From NCBI RefSeq assembly GCF_000772535.1, contig NZ_JSUM01000019.1, positions 1-32,000 of the forward strand: a DNA stretch of 32,000 nt, written 5' to 3'. This stretch comes from Chelonobacter oris. GTDB taxonomy: Bacteria > Pseudomonadota > Gammaproteobacteria > Enterobacterales > Pasteurellaceae. The position numbers and the translations under genes are program-made. The notes under the pieces were generated by a model, which ran no database searches, was not told the DNA's origin, and saw only the letters and a list, made by a program, of their open reading frames with translations. Positions 10,035 to 20,457 of this stretch are shown here, piece by piece (within the stretch, counting starts at the first letter, position 1; every line of letters begins with the position of its first letter).

Positions 10035-10974
10035 GTGATTTCTCCGCGTTGGTTTGAGAATGCGGCATTCGTGTTTGCGAAAATTTTCTCAATGCCAAGA
10101 TAATCGCCAAAGCACAGCCTGCCAGCAAGCCCGCAAATGCCGCCGTTAACGTCCACAACAAAGAATTCGGGCTGTACGGCGCCTGCGGCTGTACCGGTGT
10201 TTTCAAATAATGAAATGCCTGAAATTGGTTATCCAACGGTTGCACCGAAGTCATCATGGCCAGTTTACTTTGCCACACCGCCGGCGAAACCAATTGCCCT
10301 TGCTGATCTTGCCCCAAATGATGATTTGCCGCCAACGTGATCCGATCAAATAAATTCTTCCATTTGGCAATCAAGGTCGCATATTCAGCCTGACGTGCGC
10401 TGATATTGGCATATGTCATAAATGCCGTCAGCAATTCGGCCGCCTGTTTGGGATTATCCAGCGTCAATTCGACTTTATCATTGCTGTTATTGCGGGCATT
10501 GCCTTCTGTCAGCGTAATACTTGAAATCAGCCGCTCTAACAACGCTTCGTCATGATTTTTATCGCCGTTCATCATTTGCTTGTAATAATCGCTGTCCGCC
10601 CAAAATGCTTTCAACACATCATAGGATTTGGCTCGTTGTGTGAATTGCTGATAGATAGCCTGCGGCAATGTCTTTCCCGCCTCGTCCGACAATTGTGCCG
10701 AAAGCGGTTTCGCCTCAAGCAATTGGTACATAGTATACAATGCGTAATAATTACCCAATTCATTCTCTTTCGGCGCTTCAATATACGCCTCCGCCCGCCA
10801 TGCCGGTTTGATCACAAGTGAACTGACGACATAAGCCAGCCCCCCGGCGATGATCATCAGCAACAGAATCAGCCAGCTGCTGCGCAGCAGAATTTTGACA
10901 AACGCCAGTAAATCCAATTGTTCTACCGTGTGAAAGTGCGGTTGCCGCACCGATTTTTGTAAGGTTTCCGACAT
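10021..10974 (-). CDS. wzzE: ECA polysaccharide chain-length modulator (Wzz/PCP-1 family)
   Basis: 317 aa with an N-terminal TM helix ([17 protein letters not shown]) and a C-terminal TM helix ([22 protein letters not shown]) flanking a periplasmic domain. It sits between wecA and wecB, as in E. coli. Confidence 0.8.
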   Translation of the reverse strand: MSETLQKSVRQPHFHTVEQLDLLAFVKILLRSSWLILLLMIIAGGLAYVVSSLVIKPAWRAEAYIEAPKENELGNYYALYTMYQLLEAKPLSAQLSDEAGKTLPQAIYQQFTQRAKSYDVLKAFWADSDYYKQMMNGDKNHDEALLERLISSITLTEGNARNNSNDKVELTLDNPKQAAELLTAFMTYANISARQAEYATLIAKWKNLFDRITLAANHHLGQDQQGQLVSPAVWQSKLAMMTSVQPLDNQFQAFHYLKTPVQPQAPYSPNSLLWTLTAAFAGLLAGCALAIILALRKFSQTRMPHSQTNAEKSHEQI

Positions 10975-11008
10975 AAAAAAATTCCTTTTTTATGATAATG
11001 CCATGCGA

Positions 11009-12079
11009 TTACACACTTTTTTTATAACGTAACGTGCGACGGCGCATCCGTTTAATAAAACGGGTTACCCGCCAAGCGCGTGTAATCGAATAATAGTAGA
11101 CGAAAAACAGCAGAATAAATAATCCGAACATGATCCATTCGTCAATGTAGTAAATTTCACCCAGAATACCGAATCCGGCAAACAGCGCCGCAACAAAGGT
11201 AATTAAAAACAGTGCTTGACGTGAGCTTAGACCGGCGCGCATTAATAAATGATGCAGATGCAGCCTATCCGGTCGAAACGGACTTTTGCCCTTGCGCAAA
11301 CGGCGGAAAATCACGGCGACCATATCGATAAGCGGAATGGCGATCACCCAAAGTGCGGTCACCGGATTAATCGGATGCCCGCTGCCTTGCGTACTGAGCA
11401 AAAGAATCCAAATTACGGTAAAACCGATCAATGTACTGCCGGAGTCTCCCATAAAAACTTTGTTGCTTATGCCGAATACGCTTAGATTAAACAGTGCATA
11501 AGGTAAAATCACAAAAATCAGTGCAAGACACCAAACCGCCAGATTAATCTGCCCGTCCAGCAACATCAGCAATGCCACTGCGCCGAAAGTAACGCCGGAT
11601 AATCCGCCCAACAAACCGTCAATCCCGTCAATCATATTGAAGGCATTAATCACCGCCAGCGTAATCAACACCGTCACCACAAAAGACAACGAGCCCAACT
11701 GCAATTGGAACGGGCCGATAATTTGCCCGAGCGAGGCCAGTTCCAAATGCGCATAATGAATCATCATACCGGCCAAAATAATTTGGATAATCGCACGCAA
11801 AAACGGACTGAGGTCGAAGCGATCATCGAATACGCCGACAATCAACAGTACACTGACACAAAACAGATAGAGATAAGGAAAGCGCATCTCATTCCATTGT
11901 AATAAATAAAAACTGAGATTGCCGAGAAACAGTGCAATCCCGCCGATTAGCGGAATCGCGCCCTGATGACGTTTACGGTAATTGGGTTTGTCAACCAGCC
12001 CGACTTTCTGCGCCAAAGGACGGATGAAAATAAGTGCGCTAAGTGAAACGATAAAAGGCAGTAATAATGATAGCCACAT
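11009..12079 (-). CDS. wecA: Undecaprenyl-phosphate alpha-N-acetylglucosaminyl 1-phosphate transferase
   Basis: 356 aa polytopic protein of the MraY/WecA family, with the segments DKPN.RK.H, NAFNMIDGIDGL, VFMGDSGS and HLHH. Confidence 0.93.
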   Translation of the reverse strand: MWLSLLLPFIVSLSALIFIRPLAQKVGLVDKPNYRKRHQGAIPLIGGIALFLGNLSFYLLQWNEMRFPYLYLFCVSVLLIVGVFDDRFDLSPFLRAIIQIILAGMMIHYAHLELASLGQIIGPFQLQLGSLSFVVTVLITLAVINAFNMIDGIDGLLGGLSGVTFGAVALLMLLDGQINLAVWCLALIFVILPYALFNLSVFGISNKVFMGDSGSTLIGFTVIWILLLSTQGSGHPINPVTALWVIAIPLIDMVAVIFRRLRKGKSPFRPDRLHLHHLLMRAGLSSRQALFLITFVAALFAGFGILGEIYYIDEWIMFGLFILLFFVYYYSITRAWRVTRFIKRMRRRTLRYKKSV

Positions 12080-12116
12080 ATAAAAACTTCATTTTCCTGA
12101 ATTAAGATCCACACTC

Positions 12117-12130
12117 ATGGTTATAACCAT
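12117..12130. promoter_or_regulatory. 14-bp perfect palindrome ATGGTTATAACCAT upstream of wecA (candidate operator)
   Basis: The palindrome is read directly from the sequence. It lies 38-51 nt upstream of the wecA ATG and about 20 nt downstream of a perfect minus-strand -35 hexamer TTGACA (12156..12151). Confidence 0.35.
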
Positions 12131-12300
12131 TCTTGAGGAAAAAACACCCCTGTCAAATGTCGGGTTGTCTGTGTTTTGAATTGGGCAAGAATAACATAAA
12201 GATAAAATCAACTGATAATCTTTTTTTATTTCTGCGTAAAAAAGATCAATTTCGGGTACAATATCCGGCTAAAACAAATCACTGAAACAGGAATATGCCG

Positions 12301-13593
12301 ATGAATCATTCAGAACAACTCTTTCAACAAGCACAGGATATTATTCCCGGCGGCGTCAACTCGCCGGTGCGCGCCTTTAAAGGTGTCGGCGGCACACCGT
12401 TATTTATTGAAAGAGCCGACGGCGCTTATATTTATGACAGCGACGGTAAGCAATATATCGATTATGTCGGCTCATGGGGGCCAATGATTTTAGGCCATAA
12501 TCACCCCGCTATCCGCAATGCCGTGATTGAAACCGCGCAAAAAGGCTTGAGTTTCGGCGCGCCGACCGCACTTGAAATCGAATTGGCACAATTAGTATGC
12601 AAATTAATGCCTTCAATCGAGATGGTACGCATGGTCAGCTCCGGTACGGAAGCTACCATGTCGGCAATCCGTCTGGCTCGCGGCTACACCAAGCGTGACA
12701 AAATCATTAAATTCGAAGGCTGCTACCACGGCCATGCCGATGCCTTGCTGGTCAAGGCCGGTTCCGGCGCATTAACCTTAGGTCAGCCAAGCTCGCCCGG
12801 TGTACCGGCGGATTTCACCAAACACACACTGGTTTGCCAATATAACGATCCGGATTCGGTCAAACAGGTTTTTGAACAATACCCGCAAGACATCGCCTGT
12901 ATTATCATCGAACCCGTTGCCGGCAACATGAATTGCGTTCCGCCGAAAGCGGGTTTCTTGCAGGAACTGCGCACCCTTTGTGATCAATACGGCGCACTGT
13001 TAATTATTGATGAAGTCATGACCGGCTTCCGCGTTGCCCTCGGCGGAGCACAAGCACATTATCAAGTCACACCGGACTTGACCTGTCTTGGCAAAGTAAT
13101 CGGCGGCGGTATGCCGGTCGGCGCTTTCGGCGGCAAAAAATCGATTATGCAGCATCTGGCGCCATTAGGGCCTGTCTATCAGGCCGGAACGCTATCCGGC
13201 AATCCGATTGCCATGGCGGCCGGTTTAGCCTGCTTGACCGAACTGTCAAAGTGCGGTAACGAACAAAAACTGGCACAATTGACCAAGCGGTTGGCTGAAG
13301 GGTTAAAACAACGCGCCGCTCGCCACAACATTCCGTTAATTGTGAATTACGTCGGGGCTATGTTCGGTATTTATTTTACCGAACAAGCCGAAGTCAGTAG
13401 CTATCAGCAGGTTATGGCATGTGACGGCGAACGTTTCAAACAGTTCTTCCACGCTATGCTGAAAAAAGGCGTTTATCTCGCCCCTTCGGCTTTCGAAGCC
13501 GGTTTTATGTCGTTAGCGCACAGTGAAGCGGATATTGAGAAAACGCTGGATGCCGCCGAAACCTGTTTTGCCGAGTTTAATCGTATCTCATAA
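12301..13593 (+). CDS. hemL: Glutamate-1-semialdehyde 2,1-aminomutase
   Basis: Class-III aminotransferase with [29 protein letters not shown] and [21 protein letters not shown] Shine-Dalgarno sits 7 nt before the ATG at 12301. The ATG at 12295 is too close to it. Confidence 0.95.
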   Translation: MNHSEQLFQQAQDIIPGGVNSPVRAFKGVGGTPLFIERADGAYIYDSDGKQYIDYVGSWGPMILGHNHPAIRNAVIETAQKGLSFGAPTALEIELAQLVCKLMPSIEMVRMVSSGTEATMSAIRLARGYTKRDKIIKFEGCYHGHADALLVKAGSGALTLGQPSSPGVPADFTKHTLVCQYNDPDSVKQVFEQYPQDIACIIIEPVAGNMNCVPPKAGFLQELRTLCDQYGALLIIDEVMTGFRVALGGAQAHYQVTPDLTCLGKVIGGGMPVGAFGGKKSIMQHLAPLGPVYQAGTLSGNPIAMAAGLACLTELSKCGNEQKLAQLTKRLAEGLKQRAARHNIPLIVNYVGAMFGIYFTEQAEVSSYQQVMACDGERFKQFFHAMLKKGVYLAPSAFEAGFMSLAHSEADIEKTLDAAETCFAEFNRIS

Positions 13594-13613
13594 ATCATTT
13601 TCATATATATACA

Positions 13614-13646
13614 TTAAACAGATGAAAATAATCTTCATCTGTTTAA
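13614..13646. terminator. Perfect 13-bp hairpin between convergent hemL and the PTS gene (possible bidirectional terminator)
   Basis: TTAAACAGATGAA (13614..13626), a 7-nt loop, then TTCATCTGTTTAA (13634..13646). The flanking U-runs are weak, so function is uncertain. Confidence 0.45.
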
Positions 13647-13660
13647 CCCGTATTTTTAGT

Positions 13661-15052
13661 TTAGTGATTCAAATTTTTCTCATCAAAACCAAGAATAGCG
13701 GTTATCATCATCGCGACTATAATGGCCGTGATAATTGCTGCAATTATTGCCATAACAGTATGTTGGAAAATCGGAATAGCCAGTATGGTTGAATAACCGT
13801 ATACATAAGCCGTTGCGCCGAATAAACCGGCGACAACGCCACCTGAAGCCGCCCCTGCCATCACACCAAACATAGGATTTCTCAGCGGCAAATTTATTCC
13901 ATAAATTGCCGGCTCAGTGACGCCGGCCACAATACAACCGACGGCCAGACTCAAAGATTCTGTCCGTAATGCTTTGTTTTTAGTTCGTAACGCCACACCG
14001 AGACATGCTCCGCCTTCTGCCATATTGTGTAATAAATAAGCCGGGCGAAACAGCATATCATAACCCGGATTCGCAATAGCCTGTACCATAAACGGTGTAA
14101 CTGCATGATGCATTCCCGTCATGACCAACCAAGGCATACAAGCCGATAATAACCCAACGGATAAAGTCCCTAGATTTTCTGATGACCAGAGGAAAATATT
14201 GACCATATAAGACCCGATAAAATCACCGAATGGTCCTAAAATCGTAATCCCTAGAATATAAGTAATCACCATTGTACTTATACCAAGTAAAATCGGACGA
14301 ACAATACCCGGCAAGATTTTCGTCATGAATTTCTCAACATAATAAGCACACAAACCGATTAATAACGCAGGAAGCAATGAACCGCTATATTTGACTACCA
14401 TGACAGGAATCTGCATAATTTCAATATTTTCATTCGATTTTAGAAATTCTGTAAAATTCGGATAAACCAGTGTTGCCGCCACGACCATTGAAAAAATCGG
14501 TGTTGCACCCAGTTTTTTCGCTGCGCCATAGGCGACAAAAACCGGCATAAAAAAGAATGGCACATCAGAAAGTAAACCTAATAAGGAATACACCTGTGTC
14601 TCACCGAAGCTGGGTATTGCAAGCCTGAATAATAATAAAAAAACTTTCAACATACCGCCGGCAACCAGCCCCGGAATCATCGGGGTAACGACCGCAGAGA
14701 TAAAACCAATTACATTGGTAAAAATACCCTTGACAGTCCGTTTCTGTTTAGGTTTAGCCAACTGTTCAGACCTTGTTGCAATCACATCCGACTGCTTTGA
14801 ATGTGAAATTTCAATCAGGCGTGAAGCTTCTTCATATACCGGATTCACATTTTTACCAAGAACAATTTGTAATTCTTCCCCAACAAAAACCAAACCTAAT
14901 ACGCCTTTAACCGCTTTGATTTTTGCTTGCTGAATTTTATTTTTATCTTTAGTATAAAATCGCAGTCGAGTAGCGCAATGCATATAAGTCGTAATATTTT
15001 CTGAACCGCCTGATAATGCAATCAATTCTTCTGCAACTTGTTTATAATTCAT
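13661..15052 (-). CDS. PTS transporter subunit EIIBC, beta-glucoside/Glc family, with no IIA domain
   Basis: 463 aa. The N-terminal EIIB domain has the phospho-cysteine motif HCATRLRF and is followed by a polytopic EIIC domain. An AAGAGG Shine-Dalgarno precedes the ATG. Confidence 0.85.
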   Translation of the reverse strand: MNYKQVAEELIALSGGSENITTYMHCATRLRFYTKDKNKIQQAKIKAVKGVLGLVFVGEELQIVLGKNVNPVYEEASRLIEISHSKQSDVIATRSEQLAKPKQKRTVKGIFTNVIGFISAVVTPMIPGLVAGGMLKVFLLLFRLAIPSFGETQVYSLLGLLSDVPFFFMPVFVAYGAAKKLGATPIFSMVVAATLVYPNFTEFLKSNENIEIMQIPVMVVKYSGSLLPALLIGLCAYYVEKFMTKILPGIVRPILLGISTMVITYILGITILGPFGDFIGSYMVNIFLWSSENLGTLSVGLLSACMPWLVMTGMHHAVTPFMVQAIANPGYDMLFRPAYLLHNMAEGGACLGVALRTKNKALRTESLSLAVGCIVAGVTEPAIYGINLPLRNPMFGVMAGAASGGVVAGLFGATAYVYGYSTILAIPIFQHTVMAIIAAIITAIIVAMMITAILGFDEKNLNH

Positions 15053-15065
15053 CGTGGCCTCTTTA

Positions 15066-15080
15066 TTAGGTTAAACCTAA
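15066..15080. promoter_or_regulatory. Perfect 7-1-7 palindrome TTAGGTTaAACCTAA in the divergent PTS/rpiR control region (candidate operator)
   Basis: Read directly from the sequence. It is centred in the 65-bp gap between the PTS ATG (15052, minus strand) and the regulator ATG (15118, plus strand). Confidence 0.4.
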
Positions 15081-15117
15081 AGTGTTTATGTTAAATTAAT
15101 TTTTCATTGGAAACCAA

Positions 15118-15993
15118 ATGCTTAGTAATCAACTCATCAGTAATAAAAAATGGACCAGATCAGAACAATTATTAATTAAATTTATTCAGTCTTATCCCAA
15201 ACTGACATTAAGCCTTTCTTTAGAAGAACTAAGCCAAAAGTGCTACACTTCTGAAGCTTCGATTATCCGGTTTTGTAAAAAGCTGGGTTTCAAAGGGTTT
15301 TCTGAATTTAAAATTCAGTTGGCTTCAGAACTAACCTCTTTTGCACAAAACAGCGAACAAATTTCCGTTGATATTCCGCTTTCCCCCAAAGACAGCAGAG
15401 AGAATATTGCTAAAAAATTCTTTAATTTATCTCATCAAGCATTGGAAGAAACCTATCGTAATTTTGACTTCAATCAATTGGATAAAGCCGCCAAACTACT
15501 TGCAAATGCAGATATTGTCCGTATTTACGCACGTGGAGAATCCCTTATCATTGCTGAAGACTTTCACTATAAATTATTACGTATTGGAAAATTATCCCAA
15601 CTTGAATCACTTGCCGGCTTTCAAGAAGCCAGTGCAACTAATTCCGATCAAGCAATTCGAGAAGTCGCATTAGTTATTTCACATTACTGTAATAGCCTGC
15701 AAACTAATTACAATATGGATGAACTTGCCAGTAAAAAAACACCGTTTATATTACTTACTGCAAATCCGAATGCTTGGCCTTATGATCGTCTTGCCATAGC
15801 AACGTTACGTATATCCAATACAGAAAGTCGTTATAAAATGGGTTCTTTCTCTTCCCGTACTTCAATGTTATTCACTCTAGATTGTCTTTATGGATTAATA
15901 TTTTCTTTAAATTACGAAAAAAACTTGAATAATCTCACCCGTTTTTCAAAACATAAAGCGGAAAGAACTTATTTTTATAATCACATAAAATAA
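15118..15993 (+). CDS. MurR/RpiR-family transcriptional regulator (HTH_6 plus SIS domain)
   Basis: 291 aa. The N-terminal helix-turn-helix is LSLEELSQKCYTSEASIIRFCKKLGFKGFSEFK, and the C-terminal domain is SIS-like. It is divergent from the PTS gene. Confidence 0.8.
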   Translation: MLSNQLISNKKWTRSEQLLIKFIQSYPKLTLSLSLEELSQKCYTSEASIIRFCKKLGFKGFSEFKIQLASELTSFAQNSEQISVDIPLSPKDSRENIAKKFFNLSHQALEETYRNFDFNQLDKAAKLLANADIVRIYARGESLIIAEDFHYKLLRIGKLSQLESLAGFQEASATNSDQAIREVALVISHYCNSLQTNYNMDELASKKTPFILLTANPNAWPYDRLAIATLRISNTESRYKMGSFSSRTSMLFTLDCLYGLIFSLNYEKNLNNLTRFSKHKAERTYFYNHIK

Positions 15994-16014
15994 AAACGCA
16001 AATAAATAACATCA

Positions 16015-17445
<1,431 letters not shown>

Positions 17446-17770
17446 TCATCATGAATAGTTGTAAAAAATATTAAGTAATTTCTCATTATCTTCAAGAGAC
17501 GAATGGAATATTGAAAGCTGACTTCACTATTTTTATATTTTCGGCCAAATTTCTGCAAATTAAGTTGCAAATTTGCTTAAAAGACACCTAAGATTTTATA
17601 TAATTTCCGAACAAAACAATGTAAGAAGGCAGAAGAACTGGAAAGATGATTTTTCACGCTGTTGATGATAAGCCCGACAAGATTCAAATACTCTATAAAC
17701 TTTTTTTATGACATTAATCTGAAAAGTGCAGCTTTAAAAATAGGGCTATTTAAAATGTAAAAAAACAGGC

Positions 17771-17799
17771 ATAAAAAAAGACCGCAAAATTGCGATCTT
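17771..17799 (-). terminator. Rho-independent terminator after tRNA-Leu
   Basis: On the minus strand, AGAUCGCA-auuu-UGCGGUCU forms an 8-bp stem with one G.U pair, followed by UUUUUUUA. It starts 9 nt after the tRNA 3' end. Confidence 0.7.
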
Positions 17800-17807
17800 T
17801 TTATTTT

Positions 17808-17893
17808 TGGTGCTCTGGGCGGGATTTGAACCCGCACATCCTATGGACACTACCCCCTCAAGATAGCGTGTCTACCAATTCCACCACCAGAGC
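17808..17893 (-). tRNA. leuU: tRNA-Leu (anticodon GAG), class II with a long variable arm
   Basis: The reverse complement reads GCTCTGGTGGTGGAATTGGTAGACACGCTATCTTGAGGGGGTAGTGTCCATAGGATGTGCGGGTTCAAATCCCGCCCAGAGCACCA, with anticodon loop TTGAGGG. It lies immediately downstream of secG, as leuU does in E. coli. Confidence 0.9.
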
Positions 17894-17903
17894 GATTTTA
17901 AAT

Positions 17904-18254
17904 TTATTGAGGTATGTCGCTGTTCGGCTGACTTGCAGGAACCTCTGGCGCAGGCGCCGTATTTTGCTGTTCCAGTTTCTGAGCTTCAATAGTCAAATCA
18001 TCAAATGTCCCCTGTGGCGCTTGGCGGTGGGTATTGATATTGCCGATAACCAAGGCGATGATGAAAAATAGAAGAGCCAGAATTGCAGTCGTACGCGATA
18101 GAAAATTGGCGGAGCCGGCAGCACCGAAAATCGTACCTGATGCGCCCGAACCGAAAGATGCCCCCATGTCAGCCCCTTTCCCCTGTTGCAACAGCACGAA
18201 GCCGATCAATGCGACCGAGACAACGATATAAGCAATAATTAAAATTTCATACAT
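17904..18254 (-). CDS. secG: Preprotein translocase subunit SecG
   Basis: From the ATG at 18254 the product reads MYEILIIAYIVVSVALIGFVLLQQGKGADMGASFGSGASGTIFG, which is close to E. coli SecG. The upstream extension to 18314 in the ORF track has no homology support. Confidence 0.92.
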   Translation of the reverse strand: MYEILIIAYIVVSVALIGFVLLQQGKGADMGASFGSGASGTIFGAAGSANFLSRTTAILALLFFIIALVIGNINTHRQAPQGTFDDLTIEAQKLEQQNTAPAPEVPASQPNSDIPQ

Positions 18255-18411
18255 AATTTTTACACTTGACTCTTGTGATGTTATCTGCGTTTTTATTACT
18301 TCGCCTAATGACACGGCAAAGCAGAAATAATCGTTTTAGACTGCGCATAGTAGCGAAAGCCTGAAAACTGTGCAAGTTTATTTTCCGAAATGTGTATTGA
18401 ATGCCTTAATT

Positions 18412-20376
18412 TCAATCAATCTTTTTATGATTGCTAACCGCACTTGATGTCTTGTCCGCTACCCGTTTTTTTGAATGGGTGCGTTTTTGATATGTTGCCC
18501 GTTGATGATTCGGGACTTGTACCCGACTCAACAAACGTAGTGCCTGAAAACTGTACTGATGAAGCATGTCCGGCAAATGTGTTAGCAGTTGCTGCATAAA
18601 TTGTTGATAACTTGTCTGTTTTCGACTGATAGCGTCCAGTTGGGATTCCCAATGTGCAGTCATGTCGGGCAAGGTCGCACTTTCGGGCAGTGCCTGAATC
18701 AGAATACGTCCGGCTTCGGTGCTGATAATGTTACGCCCTTTTTTAACGATGAAAGCGCGTTTAAACAGCAGTTCGATAATGCCCGCCCGTGTTGCTTCCG
18801 TGCCTAATCCGTCGGTTTCCCGCAAAATTTTTTTCAACTCTTTGTCCTGCACAAAACGGGCGATACCGGTCATCGCGGCAAGCAGGCTTGCATCGCTAAA
18901 CGGTTTCGGCGGCTGAGTTTTCTTGCTGATGATCTCGCCTTTTTCACACCACAACACTTCACCTTTTTTTACCTTCGGCAACGGCGGCTGCTGGTTTTCG
19001 TCCTGATCTTCTTTGCCGAGTAATTGCTTCCAGCCTGCGGTTTGTAATCCGCGCGCCTGCGCCAAAAACTGCCCGCCCGCAATCTCCAGTGTAATTTTTG
19101 TCTTGCGGTATTCCGCATCGGGGCAAAACTGCATTAAATACTGACGGGCTATCAATGCATAAATCTGCTGTTCGGTTTGTGACAGCGCCACTTGCCGCTT
19201 GTTAGCGGTCGGAATAATCGCATGATGCGCTTCCACTTTTTTATCATTCCAGCAACGATTGCGCTGTTCGGGATTCACAACCTCCGGCAAAGATTGATAA
19301 TTCGGGCTGTGTGCCGAAATGGCGGTGAAAACCGCACTTCGTCCTGCAAAATGTTCTTCCGGCAAATAGCGACAATCGGAGCGGGGATAGGTAATCAATT
19401 TATGCACTTCGTATAAGCGCTGACAGGTATCCAGCACCTGCTGTGCCGATAATCCGTAACGTTTGCCGGCATCGATTTGTAGCGCCGACAATGAATACGG
19501 CAACGGTGCGGTTTCTTTTTCCTGAGTGTCGCTGTATTGCGTTACGGTTGCCGGTTGTCCGGTGATGCGTTTAACGACATTTTCGGCCAGCGGCTGCGAT
19601 AAAATCCGTCCGTTTTCATCCTGATAATCCTCGCACGCCTTACTCGGCTGCCAAAGTGCGGTAAAACTTTGCGGCGGCTGGTCGTTGGTGCGGATATAGG
19701 CTTGGACTTCATAAAAATCTTTCGGTTGAAAATTTTCGATTTCCAGATCACGCCGCACAATCAGCCCCAATACCGGCGTTTGCACCCGTCCGACCGACAG
19801 TACGCCCTTGTAACCGGCTTGTTGTCCGCGCAAAGTGTAAGCTCGGGTCATGTTGATCCCATATAGCCAATCCGCCCTGGCGCGTGCCAATGCCGAGGTC
19901 GCCAACGGAATGAAATCACGGTTGGATTGCAATTTTACAATCGCTTTTTCAACCGCACTTGGGTTCAGATCGCTGATCAAACAGCGTTGGATTGCGCTGC
20001 GTTTGGCTTCCGGCAAGCCTGCGTAGTTGAAGACTTCGTCCACCAGCAGTTGCCCCTCCCGATCAGGGTCGCCGGCGTTAATCAGTTGATCCGCCTGTTT
20101 AATCAGATTCAACACCACGTTCAGCTGTTTGGCCGTGCTTTTTTTCGGATTCAGCTGCCATTGTTCGGGAATGATCGGCAGATGTTCCAAACGCCACTGT
20201 TTAAAATTCGGATTATACGTATCCGGTTCGGCCTGCTCCAGCAAATGCCCGATACACCAAGTGACATAATCGTCGTGACCGCACTTGATAAAACCGTCGC
20301 CCCGTTGGTGAGGTTTCGGCAGCACGTCGGCAATGGCCCGCCCGAGGCTGGGTTTTTCGGCAATAAACAGTCGCAT
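18412..20376 (-). CDS. topB: DNA topoisomerase III
   Basis: From the ATG at 20376 the product reads [23 protein letters not shown]..., matching the E. coli TopB N-terminus. It has a Toprim DPDREGQLL segment and the active-site region [15 protein letters not shown]. Confidence 0.95.
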   Translation of the reverse strand: MRLFIAEKPSLGRAIADVLPKPHQRGDGFIKCGHDDYVTWCIGHLLEQAEPDTYNPNFKQWRLEHLPIIPEQWQLNPKKSTAKQLNVVLNLIKQADQLINAGDPDREGQLLVDEVFNYAGLPEAKRSAIQRCLISDLNPSAVEKAIVKLQSNRDFIPLATSALARARADWLYGINMTRAYTLRGQQAGYKGVLSVGRVQTPVLGLIVRRDLEIENFQPKDFYEVQAYIRTNDQPPQSFTALWQPSKACEDYQDENGRILSQPLAENVVKRITGQPATVTQYSDTQEKETAPLPYSLSALQIDAGKRYGLSAQQVLDTCQRLYEVHKLITYPRSDCRYLPEEHFAGRSAVFTAISAHSPNYQSLPEVVNPEQRNRCWNDKKVEAHHAIIPTANKRQVALSQTEQQIYALIARQYLMQFCPDAEYRKTKITLEIAGGQFLAQARGLQTAGWKQLLGKEDQDENQQPPLPKVKKGEVLWCEKGEIISKKTQPPKPFSDASLLAAMTGIARFVQDKELKKILRETDGLGTEATRAGIIELLFKRAFIVKKGRNIISTEAGRILIQALPESATLPDMTAHWESQLDAISRKQTSYQQFMQQLLTHLPDMLHQYSFQALRLLSRVQVPNHQRATYQKRTHSKKRVADKTSSAVSNHKKID

Positions 20377-20396
20377 AATAAACGCTCTTAACAACA

Positions 20397-20430
20397 AAAG
20401 TGCGGTAAAAGGTAAATCTTACCGCACTTT
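20397..20430 (-). terminator. Inverted USS pair forming a 12-bp perfect hairpin (terminator of the upstream LtaS-family gene)
   Basis: AAAGTGCGGTAA (20397..20408), a 10-nt loop, then TTACCGCACTTT (20419..20430). It lies 28 nt after the stop at 20458 and only 20 nt before the topB ATG. Confidence 0.65.
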
Positions 20431-20457
20431 AGAAGGCACTGACAACTTTGGTCACGC

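Noticed and set aside
12151-12156. Calling a definite wecA promoter from the perfect TTGACA -35 hexamer.
   Set aside because: No acceptable -10 hexamer lies at 16-18 nt spacing (the best is AGAATG). It is reported only as context for the palindrome finding.
12080-12294. A JUMPStart/ops (GGCGGTAG) RfaH-dependent antitermination element upstream of the ECA operon.
   Set aside because: Neither GGCGGTAG nor its complement CTACCGCC occurs in the wecA leader region.
17646-17711. A 21-aa ORF (MIFHAVDDKPDKIQILYKLFL) in the AT-rich spacer next to tRNA-Leu.
   Set aside because: The GGAAAG upstream abuts the ATG with no spacing. There is no partner gene and no recognisable peptide class. ORFs of this size are expected by chance in 380 bp.
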